From Eledone cirrhosa (taxonomy: Eukaryota), in the NCBI GenBank assembly GCA_964016885.1, contig OZ024763.1, positions 8,494,001 through 8,558,000 on the forward strand: 64,000 bases of DNA. The letters are read 5' to 3'. Of this stretch, positions 31,401 through 45,149 are shown in pieces. The notes under the pieces are model-generated. The model was not told the DNA's origin, did no database searches, and was given only the letters and a program-made list of their open reading frames with translations. Within the stretch, counting starts at the first letter, position 1. Every line of letters starts with the position of its first letter. A program made the translations under genes and the position numbers.

Positions 31401-34400
31401 ATGGCTTAAACGGCATTATCAATGCCTAATATGGCTAAAACGGCATAATAAATGATTAAATGGCTGAAAGGACATCATAAATGACTAAAATTACCCTTAA
31501 ATGTCTAAAAGTGCATTATAAATGACTAAAATGACTCTAAGATGGATAAAACGGCATCATAAATGGCTAAAATGGATAAAACGGTATCATAAATGACTAA
31601 AATGACTCTAAAATGTCTAAAACGTCGTTATAAATAATTAAAATGGGTAAAACGGCATTATAAATGACTAAAATGAGTCTAAAATGGCTATATTGGCATC
31701 ATAAATGACAAAATGACTCTTAAATGGCTAAAATTGCGTCATAAATGATGAAAATGACTCTTAAATGGCTAAAACGACATCATAAATGACTAAAATGGAT
31801 AAAACAGCATTATAAATGACTAAAATGTGTCTAAAATGGCTAAAATGGCATAATAAATGACGAAAATGACTCTTAAATGGCTAAAACGGCATCATCAATG
31901 CCTAAAGTGGCTAAAACGGCATCATGAATCACTAAAACGACTATAAAATGCTTCAACAAGTCTAAAATGGCTAAAACGATATCATAAATGTCTAAAATGA
32001 CCCTAAAATAGCTAAAACAGCATTATAAATGATTAAATGACTCTAAAATGCCTAAAACGTTATTATAAATGACTAAAATGGGTAAAACGGCATTATAAAT
32101 GACTAAAATGAGTCCAAAATAGCTAAAACGGCATCATCAATGCCTAAAATGGCTAAAACCACATCATAAATGACTAAAATGTGTCTAAAATGGCTAAAAT
32201 GGCATCATAAATGACGCAAATGACTAAAACGACTCTAAAATGCCTAAAACGGCATCATAAATGATTAAATGGCTAAAGCGACATATTAAATGACTAAAAT
32301 GACATATAAAATGGCTAAAACAACATCATAAATGACTAAAATGACTCTAAAATGGCTCAAACGTCATTATCAATGACTAAAATGGGTAAAACGGCAATAT
32401 AAATGACTAAAATAAGTCTAAACTAGCTAAAGCAGCATTATAAATGACTAAAATGTGTCTAAAATAGCTTAAATGGCATCATAAATGACGAAAATGTCTC
32501 TTAAATGGCTAAAACGGCCTCAGCAATGACTTAAATGACTCTAAAATGGCTCAAACGTCATTATCAATGACTAAAATGGGTAAAACGGCAATATAAATGA
32601 CAAAAATGAGTCTAAACTAGCTAAAACAGCATTATATATGACTAAAAGGACTCTAAAATGGCTAAAACGGCATCATAAATGAGTAAAATGGCTAAAACGG
32701 CATCATAAATGATTAATTGACTCTAAAATGGCTAAAACGTCATTATAAATGACTAAAATAGGTAAAACGGCATTATAAATGACGAAAATGACCCTTAAAT
32801 GGCTAAAACGGCATCATCAATGCCTAAAATGGCTAAAACGGCATCATAAATGACTAAAATGACTCAAAAATGGATAAAACGGCATCATGAATGACTAAAA
32901 CGGCTAAAACGGCATCATAAATGACTAAAATGGCTCTAAAATGGCTAAAACGTCATTATAAATGACTAAAATGGGTAAAACGGCATTATAAATGACTAAA
33001 ATAAGTCTAAAATGGCGAAAATTGCATCATAAATGGCGAAAATGACTCTTAAATGGCTAAAACGGTATCATCAATGGCTAAAATGGCTAAAACGGCATCA
33101 TGAATGACTAAAATGACATCTAAAATGTCTAAAACGACTCTAAAATGTCTAAAACGACATCATAAATGACTAAAATGACATCTAAAATGGCTAAAACAAC
33201 ATCATAAATGACTAAAATGACTCTAAAATGGCTAAAATGGGTAAATCGGCAATATAAATGACTAAAATGAGTTAAAATAGCTAAAACAGCATTATAAATG
33301 ACTAAAATGACTCTAAAATGGCTAAAACGGCATCATAAATTACTAAAACGGCTAAAACGGCATCATAAATGACTAAAATTACTCTAAAATTACTAAAACG
33401 TCATTATAAATGACTAAAATGGGTAAAACGGCATTATAAATGACTAAAATGAGTCTAAAGGGGCTAAAACGTCAGTATAAATTAATAAAATGGGGGAAAA
33501 ACGGCATCATCTATGCCTAAATTGACTAAAACGGCTATCATAAATGACTAAAACGACACTGAAATGGCTAAAACGGCATCATAAATGATTAAATGGCTAA
33601 AACGACATCATAATTTACTAAAATGACTCTAAAATGGATAAAACGTCATTATAAAGGACTAAAATGAGTCTAAAATGGCTAAAACGGCATCATCAATGCC
33701 TAAAATGACCAAAACAGCATCATAGATGACTAAAACGACTCTAAAATGGCTAAAACAACATTATAAATGACTAAAAATAGTTTAAACTGGCTAAAACGGC
33801 ATGATACATGACTAAAATGGGCAAAACGGCATTATAAATGACAAAATGACTCTAAAATATCGAAAATGGCATCATAAATGATGAAAATGACTTTAAATGG
33901 CTAAAACGGCATCACCAATGCCTAAAATGGCTAAAACGGCCTCATAAATGACTAAAACGACTCTAAAATGTCTAAAACGGCATCATAAATGATAAATGGC
34001 TAAAGCGACATCATAAATGACTAAAATGACATCTAAAATGGCTAAAACAACATCACAAATGACTAAAATGACTCCAAAATGGCTCAAACGTCAGTATTAA
34101 TGACTAAAATGGGTCTAAAATAGCTAAAACAGCATTATAAATTACTAAAATGACTCTAAAATGGCTAAAACGTCGTTATAAATGACTAAAATGGGTAAAA
34201 CGGCATTATGAATGACTAAAATGAGCCTAAAATGTCTAAAAGGGCATCATAAATGACGAAAATGACTCTTAAATGGCTAAAACGGCATCATCAATGCCTA
34301 AAATGGCTAAAACGGCATCATAAATTACTAAAACGACACTTAAATGTCTAAAACGGCATCATAGATTATTAAATGCCTAAAACGACATCATAAATGACTA

Positions 34401-35836
34401 AAATGATCCTAAAATGGCTAAAACAGCATTATAAATGACTAAAATGACTCTAAAATAGCTAAAACGGCAACCAACATAAATGACTAAAACGACTAAAACG
34501 GCATCATAAAGGACTAAAATGACTCTAAAATGACTACAACGTCATTATAAATGCCTAAAATGGGTAAAACGGCATTATACAGGACTAAAATTGCTAAAAC
34601 CGTATCATAAATGACTAAAATGGCTAAAATGGCATCATAAATGACGAAAATGACTCCTAAATGGCTAAAACGGCATCATCAATGCCTAAAATGGGTAAAA
34701 CGGCATCATAAATGACTAAAACGACTCTAAAATGTCTAAAACGGCACCATAAATGATTAAATGGCTAAAACCACATCATATGTGACTAAAATGACCCTAA
34801 AATGGCTAAAACAGCATTATAAATGACTAAAATGACTCTAAAGTGGATAAAACGGTATCATGAATGACTAAAACGGCTAAAACGGCATCATAAATGACTA
34901 AAATGTCTCTAAAATGGCTAAAACGTCATTATAAATGACTAAAATGGGTTTAAACGGCATTATAAATGACTAAAATGAGTCTAAAATTGCTAAAATGGCA
35001 TCATAAATGACTAAAATGACTCTTAAATGGCTAAAACGGCATCAGCAATGCCTAAAATTGCTAATACGGCATCATAAATGACTAAAACGACTCTAAAATG
35101 TCTAAAACGGCATAATAAATGATTAAATGGCTAAAACGACATCATAAGTGCCTTAAATGAACCTAAAATGGCTGAAACGTCATTATAAATGACTAAAATG
35201 GGTAAAACGGCATTATAAATGACGAAAATGACCCTTAAATGGCTAAAACAGCATCATGAATGACTAAAACGACTCTAAAATGGCTAAAACGACATCATAA
35301 ATGACTAAAATGACATCTAAAATGGCTAAAACAACATCATAAATGACTAAAATGACTCTAAAATGGCTAAAACATCATTATAAATGACTAAAATGGGCAA
35401 AACGGTAATATAAATTACCAAAATGAGACTAAAATGGCTAAAACAGCATTATAAATGACTAAAATGACTCTAAAATGGCTAAAACGGCATCATAAATGAC
35501 TGAAATGGCTAAAACGTCATTACAAATGACTAAAACCGGTAAAACGGCATTATAAATGACTAAAATGAGTCTAAAATGGCTAAAATGGCATCATAAATGA
35601 CGAAAATGGCTAAAACGGCATGATAAATGACTAAAATGGCTAAAATGGCATCATAAATGACGAAAATGACTCTTAAATGGCTAAAACGGCATCATCAATG
35701 CCTAAAATGGCTAAAACAGCATCATAGATGACTAAAACGACTCTAAAATGGCTAAAACGTCATTATAAATGACTGAAATGAGTCTGAAATGGCTAAAACG
35801 GCATCATAAATGAGAAAATGACTCTAAAATGGCTAA
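16439..35836 (-). repeat. Satellite B (41/30-bp monomers), A-tract orientation, 19.4 kb
   Basis: AAATGACTAAAATGACTCTAAAATGGCTAAAACGGCATCAT is the reverse complement of the left array; recurrent variants (AAAGTGCATT, AAGTATCT) mark irregular ~1-1.7 kb higher-order blocks. Confidence 0.97.
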
Positions 35837-38454
35837 ACAGTCTCATTTGAAGGAAACAGTCTCATTTGAAGGAAACAGTCTCAATTAAACAGTCTTATTT
35901 GAAGGAAATAGTAGTTTATATGCAACATTTCATGTAGAAATGGCTTCTACAGCTCTAGAATAGTCTCATTCCATGCAAATAATACAGTAAATACAATATT
36001 TAATGTAGATATAGCTTCTATAGGGTAAAATCTGTCATATTTGATGGAAATATTAGAATATATACGATATTTCATGCAGAAATCGATTCTACAGCACTAA
36101 AACTGTCTTATTCGAAGGAAATAATAGATTATGCAATATTTCATATAGAAATGGCTTCTAGAGGGTTAGGATTCTCTTATTTGAAGGAAATAGTAGATTA
36201 TATGCAATATTTCATGTAGAAATGGCTTCTAGAATGCCGGAACTGTCTTATTTGAAGCAAATATTAGAATATATGCCATATTTCATATAGAAATGGCTTC
36301 TAGAAGCCTAGAATTGTCTTATTTGAATGACATATTAGTGTATATACAATATTCCATGTGGAAATGGCTTATAAAGGACTGAAACTGTCACATTTGAAGG
36401 AAATAGTAGATTATATGCAATATTTCATATAGAAATGGCTTCTAGAGGGCTGGAACTGTCTTATTTGAAGGAAATATTAGAATATATACAATATTTCATA
36501 TAGAAATGGCTTCTACAGGATTGAAACTGTCTTATTTGAAGGAAATAGTAGATTATATGCAATATTTCATATAGAAATGTCATCTAGAGAGCTAGAATTG
36601 TCTTATTTGAAGGAAATAGTAGATTATATGCAATATTTCATGCGGAAATGTCTTTTACAGGACTGAAACTGTCTTATTCGAACGAAATAGTAGATTATAT
36701 GCAATATTTCATATGGAAATGGCTTCTAGAGGGCTAGAACTGTCTTATTTGAAGGATATAATAGTGTTTTCACAATATTTCATATAGAAATGGCTTCTCC
36801 AGGACTGAAACTGTCTTATTCGAAGGAAATAGGAGTGAATATGCAAATATTTCATGTAGAAATTCCTTCTAAAGGATTAAAACTGTCTCATTTGAAGAAA
36901 ATATAAGATTATATGTAATATTTCATGTAGAAATGGCTTCTACAGCTCTGGAATAGTCTCATTCCATGGAAATAATACAGTAAATACAATATTTAATGTA
37001 AATATAGCTTTTATAGGGTAAAATCTGTCATATTTGAAGGAAATATTAGAATATATACAATATTTCATATAGAAATGGCTTCTATAGGACTGAAACTGTC
37101 TTATTTGAATGAAATATTAGTGTATATACAATATTCCATGTGGAAATGGCTTCCAAAGGACTGAAACTGTCACATTTAAAGGAAATAGTAGATTATATGC
37201 AATATTTCTTATGGAAATGACTTCTAGAGTGCTGGAACTGTCTTATTTGAAGGAAATATTAGAATATATGCAATATTTCATATAGAAATGGCTTCTAGAG
37301 TGCTAGAATTGTCTTATTTGAAGGAAATAGTAGATTATATACAATATTTCATGTAGAATTCGTTTCTTCAAGGAAATAGTAGTGTATATACAATATTTCA
37401 TGTAAAAATGGCTTCTACAGCTCTAGAATATTATCATTCCGTGGAAATAATACAGTTAATACAATATTTAATGTAGATATAGCTTCTATAGTGTTTAATC
37501 TGTATTATTCGAAGGAAATAGTAGTGTAAATACAATATTTCATGTCTTCTACAGGACTGAAACTTCCTAATTCGAAGGAAATAATGAGATATATGCAATA
37601 TTTAATATGGAAATCGCTTCTACAGGGCTAGTATTGTTTCCTTCAAAGCAAATAGTTGAGTAAATACAATATTTAATACAGAAATGGCTTCTAAAGCAAT
37701 AAAACTCTCACAATCGAATCAAATATTAGATTATATAAAATATTTAATAAAGAAATGTCTGCTACAGGCCTACAACTGTCTTTTTCGCGTTAATTAGTAG
37801 AGTATATACAATATTTATTGTATATAATTGCTTCAAAAGTTCTATATCTGTAATATTAGAAATATATAGTAGTATATATACATTATTTAATGTAGATTTT
37901 GCTTCTACAGAACTAGAATTTTCCCATTCAAAGGAAGTAGTAGTGTATATGCAATATTTAATATAGAAATTGCTTCTACAGGCATACAACAGTCTTTTTC
38001 TAGTGAATTAGTAGAGTATATACAATATTTATTATAGAAATGGCTTCTAAAGATCTGAAACTGTCTTATTCGAAGGAAAGAGTAGAGTATATACAATATT
38101 TAATGTAGAAAATGCTTCTACGGGACTAGAACTCTCTCATTCGAAGGAAATATTAGAGTACATACAATAATCAACATTGAAATGGCTTCTACAATACTAG
38201 AACTGTCTCATTCAAGAGAATTATTTGAGTACATACAATATTTTTTATGGAAATGGCTTCTACAGGATTAGAACTGTATCATTCAAAAGTAAATACTAGA
38301 TTATATACAGTATTTAATAAAGAAATGGCTTCTACGGGCCTACAACTATCTCATTCGAGTGAATTAGTAGAGTATATACAATATTTAATATAGAAATGGC
38401 TTCTAAAGATCTAAAATTGTCCTATTTGAAGGAAATAGTAGTGTATATACAATA

Positions 38455-38456
<2 letters not shown>
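35837..38456 (-). repeat. Satellite A (71-bp monomer), right array, inverted
   Basis: GAAGGAAATA at 36396, 36467, 36538 (period 71); reverse complement of the left array. Confidence 0.95.
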
Positions 38457-38549
<93 letters not shown>

Positions 38550-38758
38550 TCATCTAGGTTATTTGGTTCTGCACTGGATAGAACTGGTCATTCCGTATAG
38601 TTAATCGTGATGTAATATAAGGGAGAACACTCAACATAATGCAACTCACCCATCTTCAGTTATGTTGAATCTTGTTGGTGGTGCGAGAACGGAGTTAATT
38701 ATTATTAAGTAAAATGACAGGAGGCTGGACTGGTGAAATTCCTTAAAGTTTTATTATA

Positions 38759-38818
38759 AACACTGTGCACATTTCAATGACCGGGTTCTGCAAGAACCCG
38801 GTGACATCATCAGGTGTT
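38759..38818 (-). ncRNA. Degenerate type-I hammerhead ribozyme motif (Penelope pLTR-like)
   Basis: Minus strand: AACAC-CTGATGA-tgtcACCGGGTTCTtgcAGAACCCGGTcatt-GAAA-TGTGCA-CA-GTGTT then AATAAA; stem I AACAC/GTGTT; U16.1 replaced by C. Confidence 0.65.
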
Positions 38819-39398
38819 ATGAAAATTATCTAATAAAAAAATATAATAATGGTAGACACAGTCCAAGGGGCTGAAATGTAGAGAGAAATGTTTAAGACCT
38901 GAAGGCGGCCAGAGTCAGTAGTTACCAGCCTGGTTGACCGCCTTCATCACTTAGGCGGGGCAATAGATGATAAAGAGGTTGGGAGAGGGTAGCAAGGGAT
39001 GAGTGAGAGTATTACTCAGCATGATCAGAAACAATCAGAAAATATAAGAAAATAACAAAAAAATAATTTAAAAAGTACAAAAATACAGGGATAAGAAAAG
39101 AGATAAATACAAAAATACAAAATGAACAATTAATGTCTAGGCATATTGATATATTTGTCAACGAAATATATATATATATGTATATATATATATTAGTATT
39201 GGTGCTCTGAAATAGCGATTTATACATGAATGTATGTATAGTATATTTGACAATATACTGTATGTTTAATTAAAAACATTTAGAAGACCATTCACTATCA
39301 GTTTTAAAGTAGTGACAATGTCACTTACTTATATTTTCGGCAAAGGCTGGGAGAATGGCTGACAGCTGTTTCTCGCTTGGCAACGCACTCACCCTATG

Positions 39399-39923
<525 letters not shown>

Positions 39924-39986
39924 ATATATGGGAGAAGAGTCACAACCCCAAAGCCTGAACTCCAACCGACATATATATATGTATAC

Positions 39987-40020
<34 letters not shown>

Positions 40021-40042
40021 CTGTATGTATAGATTTATACAT

Positions 40043-40077
<35 letters not shown>

Positions 40078-40641
40078 AGAGAGATAGAGGGAGGCCATGA
40101 AAATAAAACAGTAATCTTGTTTCTTTAGGAGAGACATTAACAAACGACAACATCGATAATGCAATCTGCAGCAGCAACAACAACAAGAACAACAACAGCA
40201 ACAACTACAACAACTACAACAACTTTAAATAAACAAATGCGACACCAATTTAATTATCGTTTTTATTTCATTTTATTGCTTTTCAATTGATTATTTATTT
40301 CATTATTTTTTTCTGTTTATTGATTTATTTAATCCATCTAATTTTATAAATCTATTTTTTTCTTTCAATATATTCTTTTCTTTCGAATTTTCAGATATAT
40401 TTTTTCTCTTTTACACCTATTTTTATTATTATTATTTTCGTTTCGTTTTGTTTTTCTTTCGTTAAACATTTTTTTTTGTTTTTGGTTATGCTTTTGCTTT
40501 GTAGCTTACAGCTTTCGCCTAAGACCTGCAGTTATAATGCCGTGTTAATTACATAAAGAACGGTAAAGAAAAAAAAAAGAAGTCTCCGGATAAAACACGA
40601 CGTACTGTTGTTCGGAGATCACGCAGGAAATGGTAGAAGCA

Positions 40642-40745
40642 TTATTCTACGTAGTCAAAATGTCGTCCGTTTTCCAGTAACAAAATGGTGGAGGTAATGA
40701 CGAAGCAGAAAAGATTAAAAACATGGCTTCCTCGCAGTGAACTTC
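40642..40745 (-). CDS. Candidate terminal exon (hydrophobic C-terminus) of the Cys-repeat gene
   Basis: CAGCAG acceptor; phase 1, compatible with exon 45742-45893; encodes (G)SSLRGSHVFNLFCFVITSTILLLENGRHFDYVE*; weak polypyrimidine tract. Confidence 0.4.
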
Positions 40746-41010
40746 CTGCTGGTTGTTGGTTGTTGGTTAACAGCAGAGGTGGTGAAGGTTGGGAAAATAA
40801 AAAAAATAAAAATAAAAAACAGAAAATGTATTTTTAAAAAAACATGAAAACAAATAAATAAAGCAGGTGATATGCTAGTTAGTGTGATAGTGTTGTTGTG
40901 AGAGAGGGACCTAGAGAGATAGTGAGAGAGAGAGAGTAAAAATATACAGGCATTCAGAAGAGGACATACTGATGATGAAAAAAGAAAAACAATACATATA
41001 TATAAGTATA

Positions 41011-41088
<78 letters not shown>

Positions 41089-41093
<5 letters not shown>

Positions 41094-41516
41094 GTATGGA
41101 TTCACCGAACATTTATTATAATGCTCAGTGTGTTTGTAAACAAACATCCCGAATTAAGCCGTACAGTGTCTAGTAACCATCGTTGCTAATTTGTTCAACA
41201 CTGACAAAGGAACGCTGTACTAGTTTCAAGCTTATTAGCTATTGTCAGCAACGTATACCTTCCTGCCTAAGGCTTAATTCGGGATGTTTGTTTACAAACA
41301 CACCGAGCATTATAATAAATGTTCGGTGAATCCATACGTACATATATATATGTGTGTGCATGTATGTATATATATATATACATACATGTATGTATGTATA
41401 TATATACATACTACTGTACGTCTGTATACATATATGTATGTATGCATACATACTTATATTTAAGTAACAGCCGTACTAAGAGTGAGAAATGAAATTTCGT
41501 TTCATTTTTTCCGTTT
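41089..41516. mobile_element. Non-autonomous Penelope/retrozyme-like element with inverted arms
   Basis: 41089-41160 is inverted at 41271-41341; the loop carries a hammerhead motif; near-identical to 60097-61025. Confidence 0.7.
41213..41253 (-). ncRNA. Minimal type-I hammerhead motif, G8->A mutated
   Basis: CGTTG-CTGACAA-tAGCTaataAGCTt-GAAA-CTAG-TA-CAGCG. Confidence 0.65.
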
Positions 41517-41561
41517 ATATATATATATATATATAAACATATATATATATACACACACACG

Positions 41562-41613
<52 letters not shown>

Positions 41614-41622
41614 TATACACAC

Positions 41623-41661
<39 letters not shown>

Positions 41662-41662
41662 C

Positions 41663-41767
41663 GTTATTCCGGGTTGAATCGGAGGTAATCACAGTAAGTA
41701 AGGTACTCAATACATAGCAGAGTATAAAAGTTTTAATATAGATGAGATTCTACAGGACTGGAACTGT
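41663..41767 (+). repeat. Dispersed repeat containing a partial satellite-A monomer
   Basis: ATCGGAGGTAATCACAGTAAGTAAGGTACTCAATA...TTAATATAGA...TTCTACAGGACTGGAACTGT; second copy at 59548-59655. Confidence 0.75.
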
Positions 41768-42129
41768 ATATATATATATATAAACACACAAATGTGTGTT
41801 TAGACAAGATAAAGTAAAAACAAGGTTTATATTACTAAAATATTGTGGAATAAATGTATTACTACACATGTACCTGCTAAGTCATGTGATTATATATGTT
41901 GACACATGCATAGGATCTTCCTTTAATGATATGTGTGTATGTTTACTTCTCTCAGTCAGAGTGTACATGTGTGTGTGGTTGAGTGTGTGTATGTTTGTGT
42001 CTCTCAGTCCGAGTGTACATGTGTGTGTGTGTGTGTATGTGTATGTGTGTGTTTGTGTGTGTGTTCATTATTTCTTTCGCCTTTTGTGTCTGTTGTGTCC
42101 TTTTGTTCGCTTCAGACAGCATCTCTAAG

Positions 42130-42184
<55 letters not shown>

Positions 42185-42301
42185 TATATATATGCATATT
42201 AGATATATATATTATATGCATATAATATATCTATATATATTATATATCTATATGATATATGTATATAATATATTTATATATTTGATATATATATTATATG
42301 C

Positions 42302-42341
<40 letters not shown>

Positions 42342-42376
42342 GCATATAATATATATATCAAATATATAAATATATA

Positions 42377-42395
42377 TTGTCTTGCTCGTATAGAA

Positions 42396-42440
<45 letters not shown>

Positions 42441-42441
42441 A

Positions 42442-42493
<52 letters not shown>

Positions 42494-42597
42494 TCCTATA
42501 CGAGCAAGACAACCAATCTTGCCTCAAGTGGGAAAATTCCCGTCCAAACCCATGCAAGCGTGGAAGATGGACGTTAAACGATGATGATGATGATGAT
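42377..42597 (+). mobile_element. Retroposon 3' fragment with (GAT)n tail and a (TA)n-centred 5' foldback
   Basis: 42377-42400 is inverted at 42489-42512; tail CCCGTCCAAACCCATGCAAGCGTGGAAGATGGACGTTAAACGATGATG is related to 8506-8546 and 39865-39905. Confidence 0.7.
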
Positions 42598-42626
42598 ATA
42601 TATATATATATGTATATAATATACAT

Positions 42627-42694
<68 letters not shown>

Positions 42695-42870
42695 TGGAAA
42701 ATGTGTGAGATCATTGGTACAGTTAGGTATATTTGAAAAGAAGGAAAAGACTGACTTCACTTGCAGTTCTAAATAATTTGATTTAATTTTATAATATAAT
42801 AATATTATGAGTCAGTAGATCTGGTAAGTTGTTTGTTAACTTTGGTGGGAAGATTTTTAAAGATTCCTGG

Positions 42871-42977
42871 TTAACTTTCTTGGAGAACTTTCTCGCATTC
42901 TTCGGTGGCGATTGTCAAACTGAGACCAGGTTGTGTTGTGATGTGTGGCTCTATATAGAAGAGAGATTTGGATGTGT
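42871..42977 (-). CDS. Alternative candidate terminal exon of the Cys-repeat gene
   Basis: Acceptor CCACACCCCCACTGCAG with upstream CATTAAC; phase 1 gives (D)TSKSLFYIEPHITTQPGLSLTIATEECEKVLQES*. Confidence 0.3.
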
Positions 42978-43228
42978 CTGCAGTGGGGGTGTGGCGTTAA
43001 TGAGTGTGGGAGTGAAGGAGTATTGATGAAGGTTTAAAGGAATTAAAGCATATACACACATACATATATATACACACATATATATATATACACATATACA
43101 CATATATACATATACACACATACATATATATACACATATATACACATATACACATATATACATATACACACAGAAAATGGTGACAGCAAGATAATTAATT
43201 GGCAGTGCTGTTGGGTTCTTTTTTAAAT

Positions 43229-43429
43229 AGTGTTTCACAAAGAGGCTGTAAAAGTCCCCTCCTGCTGGTTCCATATCAATAGATGACCTTTGATGAATAT
43301 TCATCAAGGTCATCTATTGAAATGGACCCAGCAGGAGGGGACTTTTACAATACATTTCTTAAACACTCTAGGATAAGAGTGTTTAATAAATGTGTTGTAA
43401 CAGTCCCTCCTGCTGGTTCCATTTCAATA
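43229..43429. repeat. Three alternating inverted copies of a ~55-70 bp unit
   Basis: Palindrome centred on TTGATGAATATTCATCAA (axis 43298/43299); third copy 43376-43429 is inverted to 43315-43369. Confidence 0.88.
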
Positions 43430-43437
43430 AATATTTT

Positions 43438-43535
43438 ACTTTGCCTTTCATCCTTATGGGGTTGATAAAATAAAGTACCAGTAATGCACTGAGTAATTGC
43501 TGGCCTTGTGCCTAAAGTAGAAACAATTATATTAT
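43438..43535 (+). mobile_element. 5'-truncated SINE family 1 (short variant)
   Basis: ACTTTGCCTTTCATCC...AAAGTACCAGT...AGTAGAAACAATTATT. Confidence 0.85.
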
Positions 43536-43730
43536 ATTTGTTATATATATATATTATATATATATGTGTGTGTGTGTATAATATATATGTATATATATAA
43601 TATATATATGTGTGTGTGTGTATAATATATATATATATATATTATATGTATATAATATATATATATGTGTGTGTGTGTGTGTGTATATAATATATATATA
43701 TTATATGTATATAATATATATATATATTAC

Positions 43731-43780
<50 letters not shown>

Positions 43781-43781
43781 T

Positions 43782-43970
43782 CGGATTGGCAGTATCGATA
43801 GAGGATCGGACGCCATGCTTTGCAGCAAAGAGTTACGTCCCTTTATGATCTGAGTTCAAATCCCGCTGAGGTTAACTTTGTCTTGCATCCTTACGGGGGT
43901 CGATAAAATAAAGTACCAGTAATGCACTGGTGTAATTGCTGGCCTTGTGCCAAATATATAAACAATTATA
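43782..43970 (+). mobile_element. SINE family 1 (short variant)
   Basis: Box A, box B and body as at 3061. Confidence 0.9.
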
Positions 43971-43995
43971 TTATAAATATAATATAATACCACCA

Positions 43996-44045
<50 letters not shown>

Positions 44046-44177
44046 CACTACTACTACCACCACTACAGTCCTACAACAGTCAAGCCACCACCTACCACCA
44101 CCACAACTGATCTGCAAGAATTAATCCTACTTGAGTTTGATGTAGAAAAATCCTTGAGATTAATTATCATAACACAT

Positions 44178-44650
44178 TGTGGTGGTGGTGTGGTGGTGTG
44201 GTGTAGTGTGGTGTGGTGGTGTGGTGTGGTGGTGTGGTATAGTGTGGTGTTGTGGTGGTGTGGTGTGGTGGTGTGGTGGTGTGGTGGTATGGTGGTGTGG
44301 TGGTGTGGTGTAGTGTGGTGTGGTGGTGTGGTGTGGTGGTGTGGTGGTGTTGTGGTGGTGTGGTGTGGTGGTGTGGTGGTGTAGTGGTGTGGTGTAGTGT
44401 GGTGTGGTGGTGTGGTGTGGTGGTGTGGTGGTGTGGTGTGGTGGTGTGGTGTAGTGTGGTGTTGTGGTGGTGTGGTGTGGTGGTGTGGAGTGGTGTGGTG
44501 GTGTGGTGTGAAGTGGTGGTGTGGTGGTGTGGTGTGGTGGTGTGGTGTGGTGTAGTGTATTGTGGGGTGGTGTGTTGTGGTGGTGTGATGTTGTGGTGGT
44601 GGCGTGGTGGTGTGTAGTGTAGTGTAGTGTGGGGGTGTGGTGTGTGGTGT
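44178..44650. repeat. (GTG/GTGTG)n microsatellite
   Basis: Direct reading. Confidence 0.95.
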
Positions 44651-44961
44651 CACACTCTCACTTTCAAATTACACACTCTCTCCTCTCTCTCTCTTGCTCA
44701 CTCTCTCTCTCTCTCTCTTGCTCTCTCTCTCTCCCTCTCCGTCATCCAAAGCCTCGCAGCAATTGACGAGGATCCGGCTGGTTTCTGTTCCATCATGTGG
44801 AAAGATATACGGAAGGACAGAGTAGAGCTGATAATGGTGGGGTTGGGGGATTGTGGTGGGGAGGTGGTTGTGGTGATGGTGTGTGTGTGGGGGGGGGGGG
44901 TTAGAGGTGACGGTGGTGGTGGTGGTGGTGGTTGTGGTGGGGTGGTGATGGTGGTTGTGAT

Positions 44962-45070
44962 GATGGCAGCTGCAGCCTAATGGTTGACAGTAGTAAAATA
45001 CATAAAAGAATGTGGTGCCCCAGTATGGCCACAGTCTAATGACTAAAACCAGTAAAGAAATATAAGACTA
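44962..45070 (+). mobile_element. SINE 3'-tail fragments (family 3)
   Basis: GGTGCCCCAGTATGGCCACAGTCTAATGACTAAAACCAGTAAAG plus a decayed copy just upstream; same motif inverted at 62708-62760. Confidence 0.6.
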
Positions 45071-45149
45071 TAAGGTTAGTGCTATAAGTAGCTATGAGAA
45101 ACATATACAACCAAACTCCCACTCTCACTGCTTCCGTCTCTCCACATCT

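Noticed and set aside
44702-44827. Possible minus-strand exon LYSVLPYIFPHDGTETSRILVNCCEALDD
   Set aside because: The required phase-1 frame stops after about 11 codons and the donor would sit in a (GA)n tract; unresolved without RNA data
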